From Cycas panzhihuaensis (taxonomy: Eukaryota > Plantae > Cycadophyta), in contig CM041465.1 in assembly GCA_023213395.1 (NCBI GenBank), positions 248,007,741 to 248,071,740 on the forward strand: DNA of 64,000 nucleotides. The letters run 5' to 3'. Shown piece by piece: positions 27,456 through 43,323 of this stretch. The notes beneath the pieces were generated by a model, which saw only the letters and a program-made list of their open reading frames with translations, was not told where the DNA came from and ran no database searches. Positions within the stretch are counted from its first letter, which is position 1. The number at the start of each line of letters is the position of its first letter. Made by a program: the position numbers and the translations under genes.

Positions 27456-28817
27456 GATGAGGTGAGTAATCCTATCAAGTCTAGACACAAGATTACCTAG
27501 ACTCGTAGGCCTATTGATAAATCTTCTGTGGAGATTCGAGACAGGTAACTTTATGGCACTAACCGCTAACCACTGCACTATGAGGCTTTGGTGGCTGGTC
27601 AGGTTCCCTAATCCAGGATGGGCTCAAGGTCCTATATTATCCTCCTATATACCTTTTGGTATGTAGAGGCTTAAGTCTATGAGTGAGTTCTATCTAAGAC
27701 CTAGGAATTGGGTCTTTTCAATTCCTCTCACATCATACGTTAGTTCCAAACTCCTAATATACTTAGCCAAAAATGATAGATTCAACACAATTGTTATAGA
27801 CCCTTAGAATTGGGTCTCTAAGGCTAGGACTGGGTAGATGCCAAGTAGTGTTATCTACCCATGAAAAAAGTAGGTAAGCACAGCAAATATATCCTTATAT
27901 ATATATATATATATATATATTGAAGAAATGAAGGAGACTAGAATATTTAGCCAAGAACTAGAAAATACAGTAGGGAAGGTTTTGAGTACTTTCCTAAGTA
28001 AAAGTTTTGTTGCTAGCAACTATACAGATGGTGATATGGTTCAATAAATGAGCCAAAAAAGTAACTTTCATAAAAAACTCTGAAAATGGTGTCAAAAGAA
28101 TGGCCTCAATGAGTAGATTTTAGATCTATAACTAGATTTTTGAATGGACCTCTCAGCGGGGAGAAAATACCACACAAATCTCTAAGTGATGGCTAGGGTT
28201 TTCCATGATTTTGTAGACATCTTTCATGTCTAAGAGAGATAGCCTGCGAGTTATATATTGATGGAAAGCTTATGTCAAGATCTTTCCATAGATACTAGGT
28301 TTTCTTGGTATACATGTTTATATAACAAGAAATGAGCAAAAATCTTCAACAGTGGTTGTGTAAATGTGGGGACACTTTAGGGTATTAAAATGACTGAATC
28401 AGGGTTTGGTCCTTTGGAGAAAAAGGATGAGCAGGTTAAGGCACCCCTAAAAGTGAAATTTCGTCAAGATCTAAGATTGTGATTCTTTTTGACTATACGG
28501 GTGTAGAGACCTATCTGTGCAATCGTACAAAAGACCTCCTATAAACTAATTTGAAGACTAAGATGGCTCTGATACCATGTTAGATCAAGAAACCCAAACG
28601 TATCAGAGCTTGATGAGAGAAAATGATGAACTCACTTGAGTATTATGAGAGATAGATTACATATATATACATGAAGTATCTAAAATTCCATTAGGGTTTT
28701 AGAGTGACCAACATAATATGTTACATTTAAGTTTATATCACTTAATATTAAATATTAATGTATAGTAGTTAAATATAATAAATTAATATAAAAAGGATTA
28801 GACATTATATTCTAACA
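23494..28817 (-). mobile_element. Ty1/copia element B, nested antisense in the gag of A; 3' end (RNase H C-terminus, PPT, 3' LTR) missing
   Basis: 5' LTR 28578-28817 (TG...CA) and intact PBS TGGTATCAGAGCC (28565-28577 rc). Gag-pol stops abruptly after KHIEVHHNFI*EK near 23494. Confidence 0.9.
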
Positions 28818-31800
28818 ATCTTGAGATGTATAAGGCACATCAAAAGATTTAAGATGGTTGCCACAAGTATTAAGGTCTCTAAGAACCTGAGTACCTTTAA
28901 GATAGATCAATTAAGCACCATGCTACTAGTTGTGGAAGAGAAAAAGGAAGGAAGTGAGTTTCTTGAATATGCATTTACCACTAAGGCAAAAATTAGGCCT
29001 ATATTTCAAGGACAAAGTTCTAGGGATAGAGGAAGATTCCCTGAAGGAAGAGATCAATAAACTAGAAATCAAAATCAAAGGCAAAGTCAAGCCTATCAAG
29101 GATAAAGTTATCATCAAAATCATCATTAAGGACAAGGTCTAAGTCACTTTTATCGATAACAAAATTAGTTCTAAAGATAAAGATTCTTTTAAGGCTAATT
29201 CAATCAAGGTGAAGACCAAAATTATGGACCTCAAGGAAGAGGAACAGTTCAAAGTCCTAAGGGCAGAAACCAAGGACAAAGGGGAAGAAGTCTAAGGGGT
29301 AGAGGAACAATCCAATGCTCCTATTGCTATAGAAATATGCATGTAGAAGAAAATTGCTTTACAAAAAGATCAAATTCATAAATGAGGATTGCTAATACAG
29401 ATGTTAAAGAAAGGCAAGATAAAAGATTATTTATTCCAAGTTTAATGGTAAATGAGGAAGAAGATAATTGGTATATAGATTCAGGATGTTCAACACATAT
29501 GACTCATAGAGAAGAGTGGTTTATAGAATTGGATAGCACCAAAAGAAGTAATATTATATTTGGTGAAAGCACCACTCAAGCAGTTATTGGTAAAGGAAAT
29601 GTCTCCATACAAATATATTTTGGAGAAACAAGGTACATAAATGATATGTTTCATATTCCAGCACTTAAGAAAAGCTTGTTATCAATGCAATATATGATGG
29701 AATAATACAAGGTAATCTTTGATAATAGAGAATGTACTATCAAAGATAACTAAGGAATAAGGCAATTATGGACAGGGGATAAATGATTAGTGATAGATTA
29801 TTCAAATTAGTCATTCCTCTAATAGATTATTATGCCTTAAAGGTATCAACTAATGTGGATAGTGAAATATAGCATAAAAGACTTGGTTATGTAAACTATA
29901 ATAATTTTGCCTTAATGAAGAAAATAGACATGGTGATTAGACTACCTAATATTGAACATAGCAAAGAAATATGTGAAGGATATGTATTTAGAAAATAACA
30001 AAGAGAAATATTCTCTAATGAAAGTTATAGGGTCAATGGGCTCCTTCAATTAGTCTATACAAATTTACATAGTCTAATGGATGTGCCCTTATTTGGAGGA
30101 GCTAAGTTTTTTATGATATTTATTGATGATTTCATAAGGATGACTTGGGTCTACTTTCTCAAGTTTAAGTTAGATGCACTACAATGTTTCATTGATTTTA
30201 GAAATATAGTGGAAAGACAAAGTTGACTCAAAATTTTGATCCTAAGATTAGACAATGGGGGATAATTCATTTTAAATGAATTCAAAGATTATTATAGGTA
30301 TTTTAGAATACAAAAATAACTCACAACTCCTTATACCTCTCAACAAAATATGGTTGCTAAAAGAAAAATTAGAATAGTTATGGAAATAACAAGAAGTATG
30401 CTTAAGAATAAGTAACTTAGAAATGAATATTAGGCAGAAACTATATATATAATTGTCTATGTATTGAATAAGTATACCACTAAAGTAGTTAGATAGGTTA
30501 TACTATAAGAAGCTTGGACATGCTATAAACCAAGCATTAAACACTCAAGAAGTTTTGGTTGCATAGCTTATGCACATGTCCTAGATCAAAGAAGAATAAA
30601 GCTTAATGACAAAAGCATCAAATATATCTTTATAAGATATAGTGATTCTTCTAGATCCTATAAATTTTATGATCTAAAAGAAAAAAAGATTGTTATAAGC
30701 AAGAACATCATCTTTAAGAAAAATGAATTTTATCAAGAAGAAATTGTTGAAAAATATAAGGGTAAAAATATCATGGTTGAGATAGGCTCAAACTCTAAGG
30801 ATATAAATGTACCTAATACAAATGAAGTAAGACCCTATGCTTCAAATCAAAGGGTCCCAAAATGGATATAAAGGGCTCACAATCCTTCAAATATTTTAGA
30901 TAATAACTTTAAGAGAAGGAGTACAAGATCTTAAAAGGTGAATTTTGTAATTATGACTCAGGTTATGGAGTTTAATGAGCCTCAAAACTTTGAAGAGGCA
31001 AATAATCAAGATGAATGAAAGAATGTAATGAAGGAGGACTACAATGCCTTAGTGGAAAATATCATATGGGAGGTAGTAGATCTACCACCTAGAAAAAACA
31101 CTATTAAAACTAAATAAGTCTATAAGACCAAGTATTAATTTGATGGGTCCATTGATAAATTTTAAGGCAAGGTTAGTTACAAAGGGACTATGCTCAAATT
31201 GAGAACATAGATTACAATGAACATTTGCATATGATGCAAGGTTAGAAACAGTTAGGTTAATCATGACCTTAGTTGCATAACAAGGTTGGAAAGCACATCA
31301 AATGGATGTAAAAAATACCTTCTTAAATAGCTATATAGATGAAGAAATTTATGTACAACAACCCAAGAGGTTTGAAGTAAAAGGAAAATAAGATAAGATC
31401 TATAAACTTAAAAGGGCCTTGTATAGACTCAAGCAATCACCTAGAGCTTGGTACTCTAGAATTAATAAATATTCAAAGATAAAATATTGTAAAGAAGCCA
31501 ATCAAACCCCCATTTATACATCAAATTAGAAGGAAGATCATCACTAATTATGGCCTTATATGTCGATGACCTAGTATATACTAGGAATAGTGATCACTTA
31601 TCCCAAAGATTTAAGAAAGATATATGCAAAGAATTTTAGATGATAGACTTGGGACTAATACATTACTTCTTAGGCATTGAAGTTTGGCAGGATGAAAAGG
31701 GGATGTTTGTCTCCCAAAGGAAATACATATTAGATATGTTACGCAAGTTCAACGTGAGTAGTTGCAAGCCACTTGTAACTATAGTATAGGTTGGGTTAAA

Positions 31801-32510
31801 GTTGTCTAAGTTTAAGGAATTAAAATCAATTAATCCTATACTCTATAGGCAGTTGATTAGAAGCCTAATTTACTTGACTTAAACTGGCCAGATATCATGT
31901 ATGCAATTAGTGTGGTTTCTATATTTATGCATAAACCTAAGTTAAAGTATTAGCAAGTAGCCAAGATAATTCTTAAGTAGCTTAAAGGTACCATTAGATA
32001 TAGATTACATTATAGGTCATCGGGGGGAATATAGGTTGATTGGTTATACTAACTCAGACTAGGCAAGCTATGTAGATGATAGGAAATCTATCTCAGGTTA
32101 TATATTTAGTTTGAATTCAATAACAGTAGAATAGAGTTTTAAAAAATAGGCTATATTATTTCTTTGTATTCTATAGAAGTTAAGTATAAAGTAGTTATAG
32201 TAGGAGCATATAAAATAGTTTGTCTTAGAAGACTACTTTAGGATTGATAAGAAAAATAGGTTGGTCTTACTCAGTTACTTTGTAATAATCAAAGCACCAT
32301 TTAGATGACTAGGAATCCAATGTTTTATGGTAGGACAAAGTACATTAAAAGATAACATAACTTCATCAGAGAATTAATACAACAAGGTGAATTGGAATTG
32401 ATTTATTATATCACTAAAGAATAGGTGGTAGACATATTCACAAAGGCACTTGATAAAATAAAGTTTATCAAATTTAGAATTAAACTTGGAGTCTCTACAA
32501 ATGGACATTA
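28818..32510 (+). pseudogene. Copia A gag (C-terminal half)-pol pseudogene
   Basis: gag: ILRCI..FKMVATSIKVSKNLSTFKIDQLS, knuckle CSYCYRNMHVEENC. PR: DNWYIDSGCSTHMT. IN: FIDDFIRMTWVYFLK. RT: ALYVDDLVY. RH: DIFTKAL. Very many CAA>TAA and TGG>TAG stops. Confidence 0.93.
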
Positions 32511-34397
32511 TATAAGAGAAATATTGGAATAATACCTATATTGGGGCTCATATCTACCTTGGGTTGATTATCTACATTGGAGTGATAACCTAGATTGGTG
32601 GAGATATCATAGTTGCACTATGTCAGATCTTAGTGCTAGTATATCCAATGTTTATCAATGCTAGTTAGCGGTAGACTTTGAAGGGTATGTCAAATCTCTC
32701 TCAGTCCCACTTATTTATTCATGGGGTCTGAAGACCCTAGTGTTTATCAACACTACCATCCTCACGAGATTGATGGTTCTCTCCTTCCTACATTATCACT
32801 ATATTCCCTCTATCTCATGATTCCATCAATCTTGACCTCATGGTTGTCCTGATGGATTGAATTAGAGATGTATAATCCATTGTGTACAAAGAAATCTCTT
32901 AATGCTTCATAAGTATCAATGAATATAAAAGAGGCAAGTAATTGCTTAGTTACTAAGTCTAACTTGTAAGTTGAAAAACAGAATTGTTTTTACAACTCCA
33001 TGACCAAAAAAAACTTTAAAAAAAAAAGGTTAAAGGTTTGAAGTATATGCAAGATAAATGGGTATAATAATCTAATAGTAATTCATATACAATGAAGGCA
33101 CAATCTTTATTACAATTTGATTTCATATGTCATTTGTTTTATTTAAATGATAATTACAAGTTTAACATTCTAAATAATCATTATTGCACCCATTAACAAA
33201 ATCAACATCTAATCTATGGCATATAATCAATAAGACAATTATCAATATCATTCCATCACATTTAGAGATAAAATGTCATAAGAATTATTATGTTACAAAT
33301 ACAAGTATGATGGTCAATAATTAGAAATTTAACATTTATAATACTACCCTCAAACTTATGCACTAACTCATCCTCATGAATAGAGGCATACAACAATCAC
33401 CATGATAGAACTAATTTTTCCATATTGAAGGAATTCCTCAATACAAACTCATAGTAAGGGATGCACCTAAGAACATGGATATTTTTTTATTATATCCATA
33501 TCATATGAACATTATTGGGTGTTATTATGGATGTATATTTTAAACATTAAATATTATTCAATTACACCTATGGATATATTCTCCCTACAAAAAATGATTA
33601 CTCATACAAGTATACATTAAAAATGGATATGGTTTACAACCCTATATAGGACAAATTTACCTCAATATAAATATTTAAGTTGTACCCTTAGAATTAGGCT
33701 AAAAAGATGGACCAATCCTTGAATTAGGTTTCGGTTTGTACACTAACAATTATTACACTTTTTATTCTTTCAATAATATAAATTTGTATCCCATTCTATT
33801 ATAGGTGAAAAGCTAAGAGTTAGAAAGCCAAGGTGATGTTAACAACTTAATTATTAATAGGATAAAACATGAGTAGGAAGTCCATGACAGACAAGGTTAC
33901 TAATTGTTTGAGGTAAAAGACAAGGGATTTTTTTTATAAAATTAGGTTAGAGTGATGGAAAAATGTTTTTCTTATTAGTTTATATAGAAGTATTTCTTAG
34001 CAAGATGATCTATTAATTGTTTGATAAAAGTGTATGAAGGTTCAATCTTTTCCCTTGGTTTTAAAGAACATGTGAGATAAGGATAAAGGAGAATTTCCAT
34101 TATATTCTTAGGATAAGTTTTTCAAAATTTTAGAACTTTGTTTTACCATTAATTAAAAATAAGTTTCATAAATATTAGGAACCTCCAAAGTCATTGATTT
34201 AATTGTTTTAAGAAGTAATTTTATCCATCTATCTAATAGATCTTAAACTTCTTGACACAAGTAGGATTTAAGAGGTTACAAGGATTTTTCTCCTTCATGG
34301 GACTCATAAGATATAGTCATATAGTCTATTATTAATTAATATGCATCCGTAATTAATAGCTAAAAAATTTTAAAATCTTAACAAACATCAACCATCA

Positions 34398-34848
34398 TGT
34401 AGAAGACATTCAATCATATCACACCATGATAAAATTATTTTGTAATCCATAACAAACATTACAACTACAACACATAATATTCATTCTTATATGCATTTAT
34501 TAATAACATATACCATATCAATAGAGCATCAATTCTTATCAATATAAAAAAATGTTGTATTATTAATATCAAGGTATAATCCAACAATATATTAAATGTT
34601 TAACATCCCCAACCCAACCCCCTAACTTGAAATAATATGGACTCCTATATTTCCAAGGACTAATTAAATAATTGGAGGATGATTTTCTTAATATAATCTT
34701 ATACTTCCCAAGTAACAGGGAGTTAGAACCTCTTTAATTAGTCAATTTTATAATGTAAGCTTTTAATGATTAAGAATTGTATAAGTTTTATCTGGATTTG
34801 TCTATTAGGATAAATTTAGATAGAAGACTAATTAAGGACATGGCTTAA
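34398..34848 (-). mobile_element. Possible gypsy 3'-end remnant: chromodomain-like piece, PPT and short LTR (34398-34605)
   Basis: TGTAGA...TTAACA is followed by ccccaacccaaccccc (rc purine tract). The minus strand reads VTWEV*DYIKK..QLF. Cut off by the AT array. Confidence 0.35.
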
Positions 34849-34854
34849 GTGTTT

Positions 34855-36760
<1,906 letters not shown>

Positions 36761-36929
36761 TTACAATATTTATGAATTTAGTGTTTCAATATGAAAATAT
36801 CAACAATTTTGCTTGTTCCTTCTATTATTCCCTTGGATTTAACATTGGAAAATTGTACTGAACATCTAGTATCATCATCAAATTTGGGATCAAATAATGG
36901 TTCATGCCTTCATAATTAATGATAGTAAT

Positions 36930-37280
36930 TGATTAAGAATGAATGTTAATGGATATTTAGATACCTTTACCTATTAAGCATTGTGAACATAAAACAAGTG
37001 TTATGCCTCAAGGAGAAATTATTAAACATGGACTAAAGGAGATTTTTGTACATGTATCAAATGTTGAATAATTAGAATTAGGATTATTAAAGAGCTACAA
37101 TCTATCAAAAAGAGACTTGTATCATTGGTAGAATAGATTCATTAATGAACATTTTACATGAAAGGCACAACATGCATAGATATTTAGTGATGAAGTGGTG
37201 TTTTATAATGATGAAATTAGTTGATTTTTTATAGGATTTTCAAATAAATTTTTTAAGATTTTAAGCTTCAAAATAGGTAA
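36930..37280 (+). pseudogene. Possible LINE RNase H remnant interrupted by copia C
   Basis: *LRMNVNG (cf. WIKLNVDG) ... SNVE*LELGLLKS...IIGRIDSL (cf. AE..AL..GL...IIESDS). Very decayed. Confidence 0.3.
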
Positions 37281-37287
37281 TAATCTT

Positions 37288-40200
37288 TATTAGAGTGGTA
37301 TCTTAACCACTTAATCTGGCTAATGTTTATGTGGTGTATATATGTGAATATTGTAATGTAATGTAATTTATTATTATATGGGCCAATAGATGTAATATGT
37401 GAGGCACATGTGGATCTATTTAAAAGGATATGAAGTCTATTATACATTGCACTTTTTATATCAATATAATTAATAATTCTTTGGTGGGCTTTTACCAAAA
37501 AATTTCCCATATCAATTTTGCTTTGTGTGCTTCTTCATTCAGTGCATGTTATATACATAAATAATTTGTTTGCCTATGGTTTCTAACATGGTATTAGAGA
37601 TTTTAATCATGCATAACTAAAGGTGTATTGGGTGGAGTGTTCAGATCGTAGGTTGTTGGGTAATATTGGCTCAATCATTTACTAAAGACTAATTTCTTTG
37701 ACAATTGAAAGAGTAGCCACAATTTGCAATGGTCAAGTGTCTTCCTTATTGAATGATCTATTTTGTAGGTCTTCATCTATCCTCAGAGGTATGAAGAGGA
37801 GTGTAGGAGGTTGTTTTCTCGATATATGGACACGTAGCAATGCCTAATGCCCCTTATTTCTATGGTTATAACCTCTAAATACTATATTGCCATCCAAGGA
37901 TGAGTAGATACATCTATATATGATTGAGGAAGGTGATATGAAGCATTAAATCCATTTAAGTTGAGCTTTCAAATATGGAGTGAGATGTTCACCTCTATTT
38001 GTGATGTAAGCTTTACATAAGGTGGTCATGGAGTTGAAGTTACTTGCCTTATTACTCACCATGGTGATCGTGAGGGAAATGCATTAGCGGTCATGGTGTA
38101 AACGTAGTTGTGTTTATCTATAGAGGAGTTGTAGGTTTTGTGGATTAAGATCTATTATCTCATAGAGGTATCATTAGATAATCCATTATGATGATGTTAT
38201 CATCTTGTGATCACAAAGAAATAAGAGACGAGGTCACAACCATAACAAGGACGTCATCCATCATAGATACAAAGTCATCCTTCACTTATGTAGACTATAA
38301 GTATAGTTAATAGTGTTATTACCTATTATAGGGCTATTATGAAGACATCAAGTCACTCAGTTTTGAGATGCAGTTATAGTAAGGAAGATGCATTAGACCT
38401 AAGAATCAATTATAGTGCCTAACAAAGACACTAGTCAAATTTGTAGCCATGGGAGATGACATCCTTTGTTGTTAACAAAGTTATAGCTATAACTAGAGTT
38501 GAAAACATCATATAGAGTTGAGTTTAGTGTTGAAAATTATTTACGTAAGTTCAAAGGTACTTCAATAAATATATTTTGTCCTTTTTTGCTAAGTTGAAAT
38601 ATATATTTTGATATATATTACCTTTGAAATTTAAATAAGAGATCATATTTATTATTGCATGAAGCATCTTTATGTTGTGACGTTTGTTTAATTAGAGATC
38701 ATTTGTAATATTGAGGCATATTTGTGATGTTTAATATAAGGCCTTCTTCATATGATTATTGATTATTTGAGGTAATTTGTTGCATGAGATGATTTGATGA
38801 GGCATTTATTCCTTCATGCATTATTTCTTTAGTTTATAAAGGGCACATTATTTTGATATTAATAAAGTGTAATTTTTGGGTTTTTAATGAGCATATTTTA
38901 TTGATATGAAGCACATATAATATCTGAGATATACATGATTAGTTTGATCAAGTAGATATTTATTTATTTTTTATTATTACAACACTACATTAATTCTAGA
39001 GTGGTGAATTTTTTATGGGATATATAGCAATATTTTATCTATTAAAATTAGACTTACAAATAGTTTAGAAAAGTCCTTTCATTGAACAATCTTTTGACCT
39101 ATTTGTTAGTGGTTATTAATCTTAGTGAAGCCTTTGTATTCTGGGTTATTGAAATAAATTATTTTTTGAAGGAATATAGCTTGTCAGAGGTTGGTTTAAG
39201 GTCTTTGAATTTGTCATGTTTTATGACATGGAGAAGTTGGTTCCTTTAATTACCTTTACTTGGAATAACTTTCATGAAAGGAAGGCAAATATAGAACTAA
39301 TCCTTATGGTTAATTAACATTGAGGCATTACCAAATCTAAAATATTGATCATTTCCTTGGATGAGAAAGAATGGATACGTGTTGAGGAAAATAGTTCATG
39401 GCTATGGGGTTTCTTAAATTATCTTTTGCTCTAGACTATAGAGCTTTAGCCCATAACCTTAAAACTCAGCACGAGATCTTAACTAAGCTATGTGAGATGT
39501 TTGAAAAGAAGAAATCCAACTATCATATTATTCTTATGATGGAATTATTGAATTCAAAGGTAGAATATGAGAATAATATAAGTGAATACCTAACTAAGAT
39601 TACTGATTTGAGGAATAGGTTGGATGAATTAAAGTCAAACTCAATTGATGATACATTGATTTTTACAAGTATTATGTTTAAATTATCAGGTATGTTTGGA
39701 ACCCTCCAAACTATCTATGTTAGGGATGAAGTTATGGAGGGTAAATCATTTGATTCACTGAAAAACATGATTATAACAAAGGATACCAAGTTGAAGCATC
39801 ATGGAATGCTTACTGGTTCAAGTTCAAATATGACTTTAGTCATGAAGACATAAAGAAAAGATGTTATTGGAGGATAAATCCACACAGAAAGCAAGAGAGA
39901 TATCTCAGGAGAAGAATAAGCTTATGGATAAGTGTAATTACTACAAGAAAGAGGGTAAAAAAGAAAAGAATTATTGGTTTAAGAAATGGAATAAGAGTAA
40001 GGCTAATTAAGATGATAAGGGGAAGAGTGTAGTAGCACATTGTATTAGAGTATCAATATTGTTAGCTAAATTAAATTAGAAAGACTATTGGATCCTAGAC
40101 TCTGGTGTATAGAAATGTATCTCCTATCAAAAGTAAAACTTTGATGCCTTGAAGGCAAGCTCGAGTGATGCTAATATGATTCTTGGAGATGCTTGTGTAT

Positions 40201-43200
40201 TACTTATATAAGGTGTTAATTTCATTTCACTTATAGGAGGTACATTCTATGGGTTTTACTATGTGCCAAAGATGAGACTTAATCTTCTTTCTACCTAGGA
40301 AATATGCAAATAAGGTATGAAATTTGAGCTTTATAATAATAAGGGCATAGTTAAGGATCCTAAGAAGAACTTCTCTATTATTGCTATAAAGAGAGTGTGA
40401 GATAATTTTTGGGTATTTAAGAAATTTAGAGCCAAAATAGATTCTTATGCTTTTATTATTAGTGCTAATGATATAAGTAAGTTATAGCATGAGTATTTAG
40501 GATATCTTAATTATAGGATAATTAGCCTTATGAATAGGTTAAAGATAGTGGTAGGTTTACCACAAGTTCCATGTTTAGAAGGCATTTGTGAAGGATGTAT
40601 GTATAGAAAGCACCATTGTTATCCATTTATTATGAATTATGCATGGAGAGTAAAGGAGAAATTATAACTTGTATATATTAATTTAATGGAACCATTATTA
40701 AATCTTTTTGTATTAGGTGATCAATTTATCCTTGTGTTTATAGATGATTATAGTAAGAAAGACTAGGTATTCTTTTTAAAAAATTAGTCTAATGTGTTTG
40801 ATATTTTTTGCATTTGGAAAGTTAGTGTTAATAACGAGTGTGATAAGAAAATAAAGATTTTAAGAAGTGATAATGGAAAGGAGTATGATAATAATGCCTT
40901 TAATCAATTTTACCTTGATCATGATATCAAATAAGAATTAACCATCCTGTATACCCTATAACAAAATGGTTTTGAGAAACAAATAATCATGCCATGATGG
41001 AAATGATGAGGTGTATGGTATATGCAAAGAATCTACCACTAATGTTTTGGGCTAAAGCTAGTATAACAGTTGTTTATATTATAAATAAGGTACCTACAAA
41101 AGTTATTCCTAACATTACCCCCAAAGAGTGTTGAACCAGTAAGAAACCTTCTATTAATTATTTTAAGATATTTAGGTGCATTATATATATACATATCCTA
41201 GATGCACATTAAAAGAAGTTGGATTGTAAGAGTTTAAAGTGTAATTTTGTAGGTTATTTGCAAGATAATAAGGCTTATAAACTTTGGAATCCATAAGAAA
41301 AGAAGCTTTTGGTTAGTTGGGATGTTAAGTTCAGTGAGTCGATGGCATGCCATGCTAAGAGGTCATTTGAAGAAACATTTTATCCTCCACTTCTTCCCTT
41401 TTCAAGCCATGTTCCAATAGGTGTAGAGGTTAAGGAGCCTGGCATTATGTCAGAAATAGAACCAAGACTAAATAGGAATAATAATGAGGAGTCATTGTAA
41501 GAAATGACACATATAACACTTCTTGTTCCATTATGGGCTAGGAGGATTATTAAGGAATCTACTATAATGATGGAAGATCTTGAAGATGGACAAAGAATAA
41601 GAAGTCAACATAGCGGTGGACACCAATAATTCTAGTAATATTATTTCATATGAGGAAGCCAAAGAATATTCATAATGGAGAGTTGCAATGAAGAAGAAGT
41701 ATAGTTTGATCATGAAGAATGATATATAATATTTGGTTTTCTTACCTCCATACAAAAACTTAGTTAGTTATAAGTGGTCTATAAGACAATGTTTCACTCA
41801 AATAAAGAGGTAGACAAGTATAAGGCTAAACTTATTGCATAGGGTTTCAAATAGAAAGAAGGAATCAATTATAAGGAGACATTTGTACTAGTCTCCATGA
41901 TGTTACTGGTTCTTACTTTGGTAGCTACATATAGTTAGAAGTTACATCAAATGGACGTGAAGTCAACATTCTTTAATGGAGACTTGAAAGAGGAGATCTA
42001 TATGGATTAACCTCTTGGTTTTATAAAGGAAGGACATGAGCATTTAGTATGTCACTTAAAGAAATCTCCCTATGGCCTAAAGCAAACACCTTGTGCCTAC
42101 TATGATAATATAAATCCTAGATTAGAGGATGGTTTTATAACAATAGAATTAGAGTTAAGTCTTTATATTTGAAGGAATAGAACTATAATAGTTATTATTA
42201 TTTTGTATATTAATAACCTTATTGTTATAAGAAATTTTAATATGACTATTATAGTTACAAATCCCTATTTGGGATATACTTTTAATATGATAGATATCAG
42301 ATAACTTTATTACTTCTTAGGTATTGAGGTTAGACAAATGGATGATCAAATTATGATGTTGCAATCAAGGTATGTTTAAAACTTGATTGAGAGATTTAAG
42401 ATCAAGGATTACAAACCAACAAAGATACCATATGAAATTGGTGCAAAGCTCCTAAAAGATATGACTAAGCCAATTGTAGATGGGATTTTATATCAGTCAT
42501 TGGTAGGGAGTTTAATTTACTTAGCTCATATTAAGCCTAATATTACTTATATTATTGGATTGGTATATCATTACATGTAGAGTCCCTAAGAACCTCATTG
42601 GGTTATGACAAATAGGATTCTAAAGTATGTTAAGGGAATACTTAATCTTGGCCTTGAACACCTTCATGATAGAGAGACAAACTTACATGCGTGTATTAAC
42701 TCCAATTAGGGTAAATATATAGAAGATAAGAAATCAACTATATGATTTATTTTTGGTATTGCCAATGGATTTTTATCATAGTAATCTAAAAGCAAACTAC
42801 TATTGTATTATCTTCTACAAAGGTTGAATACCAAAGACTAAGTATAGGTGCAAGGGAAACAGTATGGTTATAGGAACTTTTGGAGACTCTTTGAATATAT
42901 TCTAGTATGCTTCTTATATATATTAATAATCAAAGTGTTATTCAACTTTCAAAGAATCTAGAACTTCATGCATGTATAAAACACATTGGGATGTAGCACC
43001 ATTACATCCATGAACATATCAAATCATGGAAGTTGTAAGTTGAATTTTATCCATGTGAAGAACAACTTACAAATATATTCACTAAAGCTCTTACTAAAGA
43101 CTACTTCATCAAAATTCATGTAAATTTGGGACTTAGTGAAGTTATCCTTAAGAGGGGATAAATCAACAAGGATAAAGACAAAGGATAGTCCAAGCCTTAG

Positions 43201-43274
43201 GAAGACTTTAAGACCCCACATTTACATTAAGGGCGGATGTTACAGTGGTATCTTAACCACTTAACTTGACTAAC

Positions 43275-43323
<49 letters not shown>

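Larger units (their letters stand above)
21199..32828 (+). mobile_element. Ty1/copia element A (full span, carries nested element B)
   Basis: LTRs 21199-21504 and 32522-32828 (TA...CA, clearly alignable). PBS TGGTATCAAAGC 21507-21518. Perfect TSD ATCTT at 21194-21198 and 32829-32833. Decayed PPT just before 32522. Confidence 0.93.
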
